From the human T2T-CHM13v2.0 reference genome, Homo sapiens, in assembly GCF_009914755.1 (NCBI RefSeq), contig NC_060937.1: a DNA stretch of 64,000 nt; one strand, given 5' to 3'. A program made the position numbers and the translations under genes. Positions within the stretch are counted from its first letter, which is position 1. Each line of letters begins with the position of its first letter. The notes beneath the pieces were generated by a model. That model worked only from the letters and a program-made list of their open reading frames with translations. It searched no databases and was not told the DNA's origin. Of this stretch, positions 29,470 to 46,900 are shown piece by piece.

Positions 29470-32400
29470 CATATATTTTATTCTGTACATAAAATATCAA
29501 AGTACACCAGATATATATTCTATAGTGTACATAAAATATCAAAGTACCCAAAATATACATTATAAACTGTACATAAAATATGAAATTACATCAAATATAT
29601 ATTATATTAGGAACATAAAATATGAAAGTACATCAAATATAGATTCTATACTGTACATAAAATATCAAAGAACCCCAAATATATATTATATACTCTACAT
29701 GAAATATCAAAGTTCACAAACTATATATTATATACTGTAAATAAAATATCAAAGTACCCAAGGTGTATATTCTATACTCTACAAAAAATATCAAAGTACC
29801 CAAACTATACATTATATACTGTATATAAAATATGAAATTATATCAAATATATATTATATTAGGTACATAAAATATGAAAGTACATCAAATATAGATTATA
29901 TACTGTACATAAAATATCAAAGTACCCAAACTATACATTATATACTGTACATAAAATATGAAATTACATCAAATATATATTAGGTAAATAAAATATGAAA
30001 GTACATCAAATATAGATTATATACTGTACATAAAATATCAAATTACCCCAAATATATATTATATACTCTACATGAAATATCAAAGTTCACAAACTATATA
30101 TTATATACTGTACATAAAATATCAAAGTACCCAAGGTATATATTCTATACTGTACAAAAAATATCAAAGTATCCAAAGCATGTATTATATACTGTATATA
30201 AAATATGAAAGTACATTAAATATATATTTTATTCTGTACATAAAATATCAAAGTACACCAGATATATATTCTATAGTGTACATAAAATAACAAAGTACGC
30301 AAACTATAAATTATATACTGTACATAAAATATGAAATTACATCAAATATATATTAGGTACATAAAATATAAAAGTACATCAAATATAGATTATATACTGT
30401 ACATAAAATATCAAAGTACCCCAAATATATATTATATACTCTACATGAAATATCAAAGTTCACAACTATATATTATATACTGTACATAAAATATCAAAGT
30501 ACCCAAGGTATATATTCTATACTGTACAAAAAATATCAAAGTACCCAAAGCATGTATTATATACTGTATATAAAATATGAAAGTACATTAAATATATATT
30601 TTATTCTGTACATAAAATATCAAAGTACACCAGATATATATTCTATAGTGTACATAAAATAACAAAGTACGCAAACTATACATTATATACTGTACATAAA
30701 ATATGAAATTACATCAAATATATATTAGGTACATAAAATATGAAAGTACATCAAATATAGATTATATACTGTACATATAATATCAATGTACCCCAAATAT
30801 ATATTTTATACTCTACATGAAATATCAAAGTTCACAAACCATACATTATATACTGTACATAAAATATCAAAGTACCCAAGGTATATATTCTATACTGTAC
30901 AAAAAATATCAAAGTACCCAAAGCATGTATTATATACTGTACATAAAATATGAAAGTACATCAAATATATATTTTATTCTGTACATAAAATATCAAAGTA
31001 CACCAGATATACATTCTATAGTGTACATAAAATATCAAAGTACCAAAACTATACATTATGTACTGTACATAAAATATGAAATTACATCAAATATATATTA
31101 GGTACATTAAATATGAAAGTACATCAAATATAGATTATATACTGTACATAAAATATCAAAGTACCCCAAATATATATTATATACTCTACATGAAATATCA
31201 AAGTTCACATAGTATATATTATATACTGTACATAAAATATCAAAGTACCCAAGGTATATATTCTATACTGTACAAAAAATATCAAAGTACCCAAAGCATG
31301 TATTATATACTGTACATAAAATATGAAAGTACATCAAATATATATTTTATTCTGTACATAAAATATCAAAGTACAACAGATATATATTCTATAGTGTACA
31401 TAAAATAACAAAGTAGAAAAACTATAAATTATATACTGTACATAAAATATGAAATTACATCAAATATATATTAGGTACATAAAATATGAAAGTACATCAA
31501 ATATAGATTATATACTGTACATAAATTATCAATGTACCCCAAATATATATTTTATACTCTACATGAAATATCAAAGTTCACAAACCATATATTATATACT
31601 GTACATAAAATATCAAGGTACCCAAGGTATATATTCTATACTGTACAAAAAATATCAAAGTACACAAAGCATTTATTACTGTACATAAAATATGAAAGTA
31701 CATCAAATATATATTTTATTCTGTACATAAAATATCAAAGTACACCAGATATATATTCTATAGTGTACATAAAATATCAAAGTACCCAAAATATACATTA
31801 TAAACTGTACATAAAATATGAAATTACATCAAATATATATTATATTAGGAACATAAAATATGAAAGTACATCAAATATAGATTCTATACTGTACATAAAA
31901 TATCAAAGAACCCCAAATATATATTATATACTCTACATGAAATATCAAAGTTCACAAACTATATATTATATACTGTACATAAAATATCAAAGTACCCAAG
32001 GTGTATATTCTATACTCTACAAAAAATATCAAAGTACCCAAACTATACATTATATACTGTATATAAAATATGAAATTATATCAAATATATATTATATTAG
32101 GTACATAAAATATGAAAGTACATCAAATATAGATTATATACTGTACATAAAATATCAAAGTACCCAAACTATACATTATATACTGTACATAAAATATGAA
32201 ATTACATCAAATATATATTAGGTAAATAAAATATGAAAGTACATCAAATATAGATTATATACTGTACATAAAATATCAAATTACCCCAAATATATATTAT
32301 ATACTCTACATGAAATATCAAAGTTCACAAACTATATATTATATACTGTACATAAAATATCAAAGTACCCAAGGTATATATTCTATACTGTACAAAAAAT

Positions 32401-32603
32401 ATCAAAGTATCCAAAGCATGTATTATATACTGTATATAAAATATGAAAGTACATTAAATATATATTTTATTCTGTACATAAAATATCAAAGTACACCAGA
32501 TATATATTCTATAGTGTACATAAAATAACAAAGTACGCAAACTATAAATTATATACTGTACATAAAATATGAAATTACATCAAATATATATTAGGTACAT
32601 AAA
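29470..32603 (+). repeat. Local duplication ~29470-30365 / ~31708-32603 (offset 2,238)
   Basis: Shared private variants aaatatacattataaactg, ttaggaacat, agattctata, aggtgtat and ggtaaata. ORFs 30072 and 32310 are identical. Confidence 0.88.
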
Positions 32604-34099
32604 ATATGAAAGTACATCAAATATAGATTATATTCTGTACATATAATATCAATGTACCCCAAATATATATTTTATACTCTACATGAAATATCAAAGTTCA
32701 CAAACCATACATTATATACTGTACATAAAATATCAAAGTACCCAAGGTATATATTCTATACTGTACAAAAAATATCAAAGTACCCAAAGCATGTATTATA
32801 TACTGTACATAAAATATGAAAGTACATCAAATAGATATTTTATTCTGTACATAAAATATCAAAGTACACCAGATATATATTCTATAGTGTACATAAAATA
32901 TCAAAGTATCCAAACTATACATTATATACTGTACATAAAATATGAAATTACATCAAATATATATTAGGTACATAAAATATGAAAGTACATCAAATATAGA
33001 TTATATACTGTACATAAAATATCAAATTACCCCAAATATATATTATATACTCTACATGAAATATCAAAGTTCACAAACTATATATTATATACTGTACATA
33101 AAATATCAAAGTACCCAAGGTATATATTCTATACTGTACAAAAAATATCAAAGTATCCAAAGCATGTATTATATACTGTATATAAAATATGAAAGTACAT
33201 TAAATATATATTTTATTCTGTACATAAAATATCAAAGTACACCAGATATATATTCTATAGTGTACATAAAATAACAAAGTACGCAATCTATAAATTATAT
33301 ACTGTACATAAAATATGAAATTACATCAAATATATATTAGGTACATAAAATATGAAAGTACATCAAATATAGATTATATTCTGTACATATAATATCAATG
33401 TACCCCAAATATATATTTTATACTCTACATGAAATATCAAAGTTCACAAACCATATATTATATACTGTACATAAAATATCAATGTACCCAAGGTATATAT
33501 TCTATACTGTACAAAAAATATCAAAGTACCCAAAGCATGTATTATATACTGTACATAAAATATGAAAGTACATCAAATAGATATTTTATTCTGTACATAA
33601 AATATCAAAGTACACCAGATATATATTTTATTCTGTACATAAAATATCAAAGTACACCAGATATATATTCTATAGTGTACATAAAATATCAAAGTACCCA
33701 AACTATACATTATATACTGTACATAAAATATGAAATTACATCAAATATATATTATATTAGGTACATAAAATATGAAAGTACATCAAATATAGATTATATA
33801 CTGTACATAAAATATCAAAGTACCCCAAATATATATTATATACTCTACATGAAATATCAAAGTTCACAAACTATATATTATATACTGTAAATAAAATATC
33901 AAAGTACCCAAGGTATATATTCTATACTGTACAAAAAATATCAAAGTATCCAAAGCATGTATTATATACTGTATATAAAATATGAAAGAACATTAAATAT
34001 ATATTTTATTCTGTACATAAAATATCAAAGTACACCAGATATATATTCTATAGTGTACATAAAATAACAAAGTACGCAAACTATAAATTATATACTGTA

Positions 34100-37000
34100 C
34101 ATAAAATATGAAATTACATCAAATATATATTAGGTACATAAAATATGAAAGTACATCAAATATAGATTATATACTGTACATAAAATATCAATGTACCCCA
34201 AATATATATTTTATACTCTACATGAAATATCAAAGTTCACAAACCATATATTATATACTGTACATAAAATATCAAAGTACCCAAGGTATATATTCTATAC
34301 TGTACAAAAAATATCAAAGTACCCAAAGCATGTATTATATACTGTACATAAAATATGAAAGTACATCAAATATATATTTTATTCTGTACATAAAATATCA
34401 AAGTACACCAGATATATATTCTATAGTGTACATAAAATATCAAAGTACCCAAACTATTTATTATATACTGTACATAAAATATGAAATTACATCAAATATA
34501 TATTATATTAGGTACATAAAATATGAAAGTACATCAAATATAGATTATATACTGTACATGAAATACCAAAGTACCCCTAATATATATTTTATACGGTACA
34601 TGAAATATCAAAGTTCACAAACTATATATTATATACTGTATATAAAATATCAAAGTACCCAAGGTGTATATTCTATACTGTACAAAAAATATCAAAGTAC
34701 CCAAAGCATGTATTATATACTGTACATAAAATATGAAAGTACATCAAATATATATTTTATTCTGTACATAAAATATCAAAGTACACCAGATATATATTCT
34801 ATAGTGTACATAAAATATCAAAGTACCCAAACTATACATTATATACTGTACATAAAATATGAAATTACATCAAATATATATTATATTAGGTTCATAAAAT
34901 ATGAAAGCACATCAAATATAGATTATATACTGTACATTAAATACCAAAGTACCCCAAATATATATTTTATACTGTACATCAAATATCAAAGTTCACAAAC
35001 TATATATTATATACTGTACATAAAATATCAAAGTACCCATGGTATATATTCTACACTGTACAAAAAATATGAAAGTACCCAAAGCATGTGTTATATACTG
35101 TATATAAAATATGAAAGTACATCACACATATATTTTATTCTGTACATAAAATATCAAAGTACACCAGATATATATTCTATAGTGAACATAAAATAACAAA
35201 GTACAAAAACTATAAATTATATGCTGTACATAAAATATGAAATTACATCAAATATATATTAGGTACATAAAATGTGAAAGTACATCAAATATAGATTATA
35301 TAGTGTACATAAAATATCAATGTACCCCAAATATATATTTTATACTCTACATGAAATATCAAAGTTCACAAACCATACATTATATACTGCACATAAAATA
35401 TCAAAGTACCCAAGGTATATATTCTATACTGTACAAAAAATATCAAAGTACCCAAAGCATGTATTATATACTGTACATAAAATATGAAACTACATCAAAT
35501 ATATATTTTATTCTGTACATAAAATATCAAAGTACACCAGATATATATTCTATAGTGTACATAAAATATCAACGTACCCAAACTATACGTTATATACTGT
35601 ACATAAAATATGAAATTACATCAAATATATATTATATTAGGTACATAAAATATGAAAGCACATCAAATATAGATTATATACTGTACTTTAAATACCAAAA
35701 TACCCCAAATATATACTTTATACTGTACATCAAATATCAAAGTTCACAAACTATATATTATATACTGTACATAAAATATCAAAGTACCCATGGTATATAT
35801 TCTATACTGTACAAAAAATATCAAAGTACCCAAAGCATGTATTATATACTGTACATAAAATATGAAAGTACATCAAATATATATTTTATTCTGCACATAC
35901 AATATCAAAGTACACCAGATATATATTCTATAGTGTACATAAAATATAAAAGTACCCAAACTATACATTATATACTGTACATAAAATATGAAATTACCTC
36001 AAATATATATTAGGTACATAAAATATGAAAGTACATCAAATATAGATTATATACTGTACATAAAATATCAAAGTACCCCAAATATATATTATATACTCTA
36101 CATGAAATATCAAAGTTCACAAACTATATATTATATACTGTACATAAAATATCCAAGTACCCAAGGTATATATTCTATACTGTACAAAAATATCAACGTA
36201 CCCAAAGCATGTATTATATACTCTATATAAAATATGAAAGTACATCACATATATATTTTATTCTGTACATAAAATATCAAACTACACCAGATATATATTC
36301 TATAGTGTACATAAAATAACAAAGTACAAAAACTATAAATTATATGCTGTACATAAAATATGAAATTACATCAAATATATATTAGGTACATAAAATATGA
36401 AAGTACATCAAATATAGATTATATACTGTACATAAAATATCAATGTACCCCAAATATATATTTTATACTCTACATGAAATATCAAAGTTCACAAACCATA
36501 TATTATATACTGTACATAAAATATCAAAGTACCCAAGGTATATATTCTATACTGTACAAAAAATATCAAAGTACCCAAAGCATGTATTATATACTGTACA
36601 TAAAATATGAAAGTACATCAAATATATATTTTATTCTGTACATAAAATATCAAAGTACACCAGATATATATTCTATAGTGTACATAAAATATCAAAGTAC
36701 CCAAACTATACATTATATACTGTACATAAAATATGAAATTACATCAAATATATATTATATTAGGTACATAAAATATGAAAGCACATCAAATATAGATTAT
36801 ATACTGTATATTAAATACCAAAGTACCACAAATATATATTTTATACTGTACATCAAATACCAAAGTTCACAAACTATATATTATATACTGTACATAAAAT
36901 ATCAAAGTACCCATGGTATATATTCTACACTGTACAAAAAATATCAAAGTACCCAAAGCATGTATTATATACTGTATATAAAATATGAAAGTACATCACA

Positions 37001-40000
37001 TATATATTTTATTCTGTACATAAAATATCAAAGTACACCAGATATATATTCTATAGTGTACATAAAATAACAAAGTACAAAAACTATAAATTATATGCTG
37101 TACATAAAATATGAAATTACCTCAAATATATATTAGGTACATAAAATATGAAAGTACATCAAATATAGATTATATACTGTACATAAAATATCAATGTACC
37201 CCAAATATATATTTTATACTCTACATGAAATATCAAAGTTCACAAACCATATATTATATACTGTACATAAAATATCAAAGTACCCAAGGTATATATTCTA
37301 TACTGTACAAAAAATATCAAAGTACCCAAAGGATGTATTATATACTGTACATAAAATATGAAACTACATCAAATATATATTTTATTCTGTACATAAAATA
37401 TCAAAGTACACCAGATATATATTCTATAGTGTACATAAAATATCAACGTACCCAAACTATACTTTATATACTGTACATAAAATATGAAATTACATCAAAT
37501 ATATATTATATTAGGTACATAAAATATGAAAGCACATCAAATATAGATTATATACTGTACTTTAAATACCAAAATACCCCAAATATATATTTTATACTGT
37601 ACATCAAATATCAAAGTTCACAAACTATATATTATATACTGTACATAAAATATCAAAGTACCCATGGTATATATTCTATACTGTACAAAAAATATCAAAG
37701 TACCCAAAGCATGTATTATATACTGTAAATAAAATATGAAAGTACATCAAATATATATTTTATTCTGTACATAAAATATCAAAGTACACGAGATATATAT
37801 TCTATAGTGTACATAAAATATAAAAGTACCCAAACTATACATTATATACTGTACATAAAATATGAAATTACATCAAATATATATTAGGTACATAAAATAT
37901 GAAAGTACATCAAATATAGATTATATACTGTACATAAAATATCAAAGTACCCCAAATATATATTATATACTCTATATGAAATATCAAAGTTCACAACTAT
38001 ATATTATATACTGTACATAAAATATCAAACTACCCAAGGTATATATTCTATACTGTACAAAAAATATCAAAGTACCCAAAGCATGTATTATATACTGTAT
38101 ATAAAATATGAAAGTACATTAAATATATATTTTATTCTGTACATAAAATATCAAAGTACACCAGATATATATTCTATAGTGTACATAAAATAACAAAGTA
38201 CACAAACTATAAATTATATACTGTACATAAAATATGAAATTACATCAAATATATATTAGGTACATAAAATATGAAAGTACATCAAATATAGATTATATAC
38301 TGTACATATAATATCAATGTACCCCAAATATATATTTTATACTCTAGATGAAATATCAAAGTTCACAAACCATACATTATATACTGCACATAAAATATCA
38401 AAGTACCCAAGGTATATATTCTATACTGTACAAAAAATATCAAAGTACCCAAAGCATGTATTTTATACTGTACATAAAATATGAAAGTACATCAAATATA
38501 TATTTTATTCTGTACATAAAATATCAAAGTACACCAGATATATATTCTATAGTGTACATAAAATATCAAAGTACCCAAACTATACATTATATACTGTACA
38601 TAAAATATGAAATTACATCAAATATATATTAGGTACATAAAATATGAAAGTACATCAAATATAGATTATATACTGTACATAAAATATCAATGTACCCCAA
38701 ATATATATTTTATACTCTACATGAAATATCAAAGTTCACAAACCATATATTATATAATGTACATAAAATATCAAAGTACCCAAGGTATATATTCTATACT
38801 GTACAAAAAATATAAAATTACCCAAAGCATTTATTATATACTGTACATAAAATATGAAAGTACATCAAATATATATTTTATTCTGTACATAAAATATCAA
38901 AGTACACCAGATATATATTCTATAGTGTACATAAAATATCAAAGTACCCAAACTATACATTATACACTGTACATAAAATATGAAATTACATCAAATATAT
39001 ATTATATTAGGTACATAAAATATGAAAGTACATCAAATATAGATTATATACTGTACATAAAATACCAAAGTACCCCAAATATATATTTTATAGTGTACAT
39101 GAAATATCAAAGTTCACACACTATATATTATATACTGTACATAAATTATCAAAGTACCCAAGGTATATATTCTATACTGTACAAAAAATATCAAAGTACC
39201 CAAAGCATGTATTATATACTGTATATAAAATATGAAAGTACATTAAATATATATTTTATTCTGTACATAAAATATCAAAGTACACCAGATATATATTCTA
39301 TAGTGTACATAAAATAACAAAGTACGCAAACTATAAATTATATACTGTACATAAAATATGAAATTACATCAAATATATATTAGGTACATAAAATATGAAA
39401 GTACATCAAATATAGATTATATACTGTACATAAAATATCAATGTACCCCAAGTATATATTTTATACTCTACATGAAATATCAAAGTTCACAAACCATATA
39501 TTATATACTGTACATAAAATATCAAAGTACCCAAGGTATATATTCTATACTGTACAAAAAATATCAAAGTACCCAAAGCATGTATTATATACTGTACATA
39601 AAATATGAAAGTACATCAAATAAATATTTTATTCTGTACATAAAATATCAAAGTACACCAGATAAATATTCTATAGTGTACATAAAATATCAAAATACCC
39701 AAACTATTGATTATATACTGTACATAAAATATGAAATTACATCAAATATATATTATATTAGGTACATAAAATATGAAAGTACATCAAATATAGATTATAT
39801 ACTGTACATGAAATACCAAAGTACCCCAAATATATATTTTATACGGTAAATGAAATATCAAAGTTCACAAACTATATATTATATACTGTATATAAAATAT
39901 CAAAGTACCCAAGGTATATATTCTATACTGTACAAAAAATATCAAAGTACCCAAAGCATGTATTATATACTGTACATAAAATATGAAAGTACATCAAATA

Positions 40001-43000
40001 TATATTTTATTCTGTACAGAAAATATCAAAGTACACCAGATATATATTCTATAGTGTACATAAAATATCAAAGTACCCAAACTATACATTATATACTGTA
40101 CATAAAATATGAAATTACATCAAATTTATATTAGGTACATAAAATATGAAAGTACATCAAATATAGATTATATACTGTACATAAAATATCAAAGTACCCC
40201 AAATATATATTATATACTCTACATGAAAAATCAAAGTTCACAAACTATATATTATATACTGTACATAAAATATCCAAGTACCCAAGGTATATATTCTATA
40301 CTGTACAAAAAATATCAACGTACCCAAAGCATGTCTTATATACTCTATATAAAATATGAAAGTACATCACATATATATTTTATTCTGTACATAAAATATC
40401 AAAGTACACCAGATATATATTCTATAGTGTACATAAAATAACAAAGTACACAAACTATAAATTATATGCTGTACATAAAATATGAAATTACATCAAATAT
40501 ATATTAGGTACATAAAATATGAAAGTACATCAAATATAGATTATATACTGTACATAAAATATCAATGTACCCCAAATATATATTTTATACTCTACATGAA
40601 ATATCAAAGTTCACAAACCATATATTATATACTGTACATAAAATATTAAAGTACCCAAGGTATATATTCTATACTGTACAAAAAATATCAAAGTACCCAA
40701 AGCATGTATTATATACTGTACATAAAATATGAAAGTACATCAAATATATATTTTATTCTGTACATAAAATATCAAAGTACACCAGATATATATTCTATAG
40801 TGTACATAAAATATCAAAGTACCCAAACTATACATTATATACTGTACATAAAATATGAAATTACATCAAATATATATTATATTAGGTACATAAAATATGA
40901 AAGCACATCAAATATAGATTATATACTGTACATAAAATACCAAAGTACCCCAAATATATATTTTATACTGTACATCAAATATCAAAGTTCACAAACTATA
41001 TATTATATACTGTACATAAAATATCAAAGTACCCATGGTATATATTCTACACTGTACAAAAAATATCAAAGTACCCAAAGCATGTATTATATACTGTATA
41101 TAAAATATGAAAGTACATCACATATATATTTTATTCTGTACATAAAATATCAAAGTACACCAGATATATATTCTATAGTGTACATAAAATGACAAAGTTC
41201 AAAAACTATAAATTATATGCTGTACATAAAATATGATATTACATCAAATATATATTAGGTACATAAAATATGAAAGTACATCAAATATAGATTATATACT
41301 GTACATAAAATATCAATGTACCCCAAATATATATTTTATACTCTACATGAAACATGAAAGTTCACAAACCATATATTATATACTGTACATAAAATATCAA
41401 AGTACCCAAGGTATATATTCTATACTGTACAAAAAATATCAAAGTACACAAAGCATGTATTATATATTTACATGAAATATGAAACTACATCAAATATATA
41501 TTTTATTCTGTACATAAAATATGAAAGTACACCAGATATATATTCTATAGTGTACATAAAATATCAACGTACCCAAACTATACATTATATACTGTACATA
41601 AAATATGAAATTACATCAAATATATATTATATTAGGTACATAAAATATGAAAGCACATCAAATATAGATTATATACTGTACTTTAAATACCAAAGTACCC
41701 CAAATATATATTTTATACTGTACATCAAATATCAAAGTTCACAAACTATATATTATATACTGTACATAAAATATCAAAGTACCCATGGTATATATTCTAC
41801 ACTGTACAAAAAATATCAAAGTACCCAAAGCATGTATTATATACTGTATATAAAATATGAAAGTACATCACATATATATTTTATTCTGTACATAAAATAT
41901 CAAAGTACACCAGATATATATTCTATAGTGTACATAAAATAACAAAGTACAAAAACTATAAATTATATGCTGTACATAAAATATGAAATTACCTCAAATA
42001 TATATTAGGTACATAAAATATGAAAGTACATCAAATATAGATTATATACTGTACATAAAATATCAATGTACCCCAAATATATATTTTATACTCTACATGA
42101 AATATCAAAGTTCACAAACCATATATTATATACTGTACATAAAATATCAAAGTACCCAAGGTATATATTCTATACTGTACAAAAAATATCAAAGTACCCA
42201 AAGCATGTATTATATACTGTACATAAAATATGAAACTACATCAAATATATATTTTATTCTGTACATAAAATATCAAAGTACACCAGATATATATTCTATA
42301 GTGTACATAAAATATCAACGTACCCAAACTATACTTTATATACTGTACATAAAATATGAAATTACATCAAATATATATTATATTAGGTACATAAAATATG
42401 AAAGCACATCAAATATAGATTATATACTGTACTTTAAATACCAAAATACCCCAAATATATATTTTATACTGTACATCAAATATCAAAGTTCACAAACTAT
42501 ATATTATATACTGTACATAAAATATCAAAGTACCCATGGTATATATTCTATACTGTACAAAAAATATCAAAGTACCCAAAGCATGTATTATATACTGTAA
42601 ATAAAATATGAAAGTACATCAAATATATATTTTATTCTGTACATAAAATATCAAAGTACACCAGATATATATTCTATAGTGTACATAAAATATAAAAGTA
42701 CCCAAACTATACATTATATACTGTACATAAAATATGAAATTACATCAAATATATATTAGGTACATAAAATATGAAAGTACATCAAATATAGATTATATAC
42801 TGTACATAAAATATCAAAGTACCCCAAATATATATTATATACTCTACATCAAATATCAAAGTTCACAACTATATATTATATACTGTACATAAAATATCAA
42901 ACTACCCAAGGTATTTATTCTATACTGTACAAAAAATATCAAAGTACCCAAAGCATGTATTATATACTGTATATAAAATATGAAAGTACATTAAATATAT

Positions 43001-46000
43001 ATTTTATTCTGTACATAAAATATCAAAGTACACCAGATATATATTCTATAGTGTACATAAAATATCAAAGTACACAAACTATAAATTATATACTGTACAT
43101 AAAATATGAAATTACATCAAATATATATTAGGTACATAAAATATGAAAGTACATCAAATATAGATTATATACTGTACATATAATATCAATGTACCCCAAA
43201 TATATATTTTATACTCTAGATGAAATATCAAAGTTCACAAACCATACATTATATACTGCACATAAAATATCAAAGTACCCAAGGTATATATTCTATACTG
43301 TACAAAAAATATCAAATTACCCAAAGCATTTATTATATACTGTACATAAAATATGAAAGTACATCAAATATATATTTTATTCTGTACATAAAATATCAAA
43401 GTACACCAGATATATATTCTATAGTGTACATAAAATATCAAAGTACCCAAACTATACATTATACACTGTACATAAAATATGAAATTACATCAAATATATA
43501 TTATATTAGGTACATAAAATATGAAAGTACATCAAATATAGATTATATACTGTACATAAAATACCAAAGTACCCCAAATATATATTTTATACTGTACATG
43601 AAATATCAAAGTTCACACACTATATATTATATACTGTACATAAATTATCAAAGTACCCAAGGTATATATTCTATACTGTACAAAAAATATCAAAGTACCC
43701 AAAGCATGTATTATATACTGTATATAAAATATGAAAGTACATTAAATATATATTTTATTCTGTACATAAAATATCAAAGTACACCAGATATATATTCTAT
43801 AGTGTACATAAAATAACAAAGTACGCAAACTATAAATTATATACTGTACATAAAATATGAAATTACATCAAATATATATTAGGTACATAAAATATGAAAG
43901 TACATCAAATATATATTATATTCTGTACATATAATATCAATGTACCCCAAATATATATTTTATACTCTACATGAAATATCAAAGTTCACAAACCATACAT
44001 TATATACTGTACATAAAATATCAAAGTACCCAAGGTATATATTCTATACTGTACAAAAAATATCAAAGTACCCAAAGCATGTATTATATACTGTACATAA
44101 AATATGAAAGTACATCAAATATATATTTTATTCTGTACATAAAATATCAAAGTACACCAGATATATATTCTATAGTGTACATAAAATATCAAAGTACCCA
44201 AACTATACATTATATACTGTACATAAAATATGAAATTACATCAAATATATATTATATTAGGTACATAAAATATGAAAGTACATCAAATATAGATTATACA
44301 CTGTACATAAAATATCAAAGTACCCCAAATATATATTATATACTGTACATGAAATATCAAAGTTCACAAACTATATATTATATACTGTACATAAAATATC
44401 AAAGTACCCAAGGTATATATTCTATACTGTACAAAAAATATGAAAGTACCCAAAGCATGTATTATATACTGTATATAAAATATGAAAGTAAATTAAATAT
44501 ATATTTTATTCTGTACATAAAATATCAAAGTACACCAGATATATATTCTATAGTGTACATAAAATAACAAAGTACGCAAACTATAAATTATATACTGTAC
44601 ATAAAATATGAAATTACATCAAATATATATTAGGTACATAAAATATGAAAGTACATCAAATATAGATTATATACTGTACATAAAATATCAATGTACCCCA
44701 AGTATATATTATATACTCTACATGAAATATCAAAGTTCACAAACCATATATTATATACTGTACATAAAATATCAAAGTACCAAAGGTATATATTCTATAC
44801 TGTACAAAAAATATCAAAGTACCCAAAGCATGTATTATATACTGTACATAAAATATGAAAGTACATCAAATAAATATTTTATTCTGTACATAAAATATCA
44901 AAGTACACCAGATAAATATTCTATAGTGTACATAAAATATCAAAGTACCCAAACTATTGATTATATACTGTACATAAAATATGAAATTACATCAAATATA
45001 TATTATATTAGGTACATAAAATATGAAAGTACATCAAATATAGATTATATACTGTACATGAAATACCAAAGTACCCCAAATATATATTTTATACGGTAAA
45101 TGAAATATCAAAGTTCACAAACTATATATTATATACTGTATATAAAATATCAAAGTACCCAAGGTATATATTCTATACTGTACAAAAAATATCAAAGTAC
45201 CCAAAGCATGTATTATATACTGTACATAAAATATGAAAGTACATCAAATATATATTTTATTCTGTACATAAAATATCAAAGTACACCAGATATATATTCT
45301 ATAGTGTACATAAAATATCAAAGTAACCAAACTATACATTATATACTGTACATAAAATATGAAATTACATCAAATTTATATTAGGTACATAAAATATGAA
45401 AGTACATCAAATATAGATTATATACTGTACATAAAATACCAAAGTACCCCAAATATATATTTTATACTGTACATCAAATATCAAAGTTCACAAACTATAT
45501 ATTATATACTGTACATAAAATATCAAAGTACCCATGGTATATATTCTACACTGTACAAAAAATATCAAAGTACCCAAAGCATGTATTATATACTGTATAT
45601 AAAATATGAAAGTACATCACATATATATTTTATTCTGTACATAAAATATCAAAGTACACCAGATATATATTCTATAGTGTACATAAAATAACAAAGTTCA
45701 AAAACTATAAATTATATGCTGTACATAAAATATGATATTACATCAAATATATATTAGGTACATAAAATATGAAAGTACATCAAATATAGATTATATACTG
45801 TACATAAAATATCAATGTACCCCAAATATAGATTTTATACTCTACATGAAATATGAAAGTTCACAAACCATATATTATATACTGTACATAAAATATCAAA
45901 GTACCCAAGGTATATATTCTATACTGTACAAAAAATATCAAAGTACACAAAGCATGTATTATATATTTACATGAAATATGAAACTACATCAAATATATAT

Positions 46001-46900
46001 TTTATTCTGTACATAAAATATGAAAGTACACCAGATATATATTCTATAGTGTACATAAAATATCAACGTACCCAAACTATACATTATATACTGTACATAA
46101 AATATGAAATTACATCAAATATATATTATATTAGGTACATAAAATATGAAAGCACATCAAATATAGATTATATACTGTACTTTAAATACCAAAGTACCCC
46201 AAATATATATTTTATACTGTACATCAAATATCAAAGTTCACAAACTATATATTATATACTGTACATAAAATATCAAAGTACCAATGGTATATATTCTATA
46301 CTGTACAAAAAATATCAAAGTACCCAAAGCATGTATTATATACTGTATATAAAATATGAAAGTACATCAAATATATATTTTATTCTGTACATAAAATATC
46401 AAAGTACACCAGATATATATTCTATAGTGTACATAAAATAACAAAGTACAAAAACTATAAATTATATGCTGTACATAAAATATGAAATTACCTCAAATAT
46501 ATATTAGGTACATAAAATATGAAAGTACATCAAATATAGATTATATACTGTACATAAAATATCAATGTACCCCAAATATATATTTTATACTCTACATGAA
46601 ATATCAAAGTTCACAAACCATATATTATATACTGTACATAAAATATCAAAGTACCCAAGGTATATATTCTATACTGTACAAAAAATATCAAAGTACCCAA
46701 AGCATGTATTATATACTGTACATAAAATATGAAACTACATCAAATATATATTTTATTCTGTACATAAAATATCAAAGTACACCAGATATATATTCTATAG
46801 TGTACATAAAATATCAACGTACCCAAACTATACATTATATACTGTACATAAAATATGAAATTACATCAAATATATATTATATTAGGTACATAAAATATGA
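34100..46900 (+). repeat. Nested ~4.5-5.25 kb tandem macro-repeats
   Basis: The atacggta marker is at 34591, 39841 and 45091 (spacing 5,250). ORF pairs: 37111/41983 and 38348/43220 (4,872), 39358/44608 (5,250), 41233/45732 and 41472/45971 (4,499). Confidence 0.85.
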
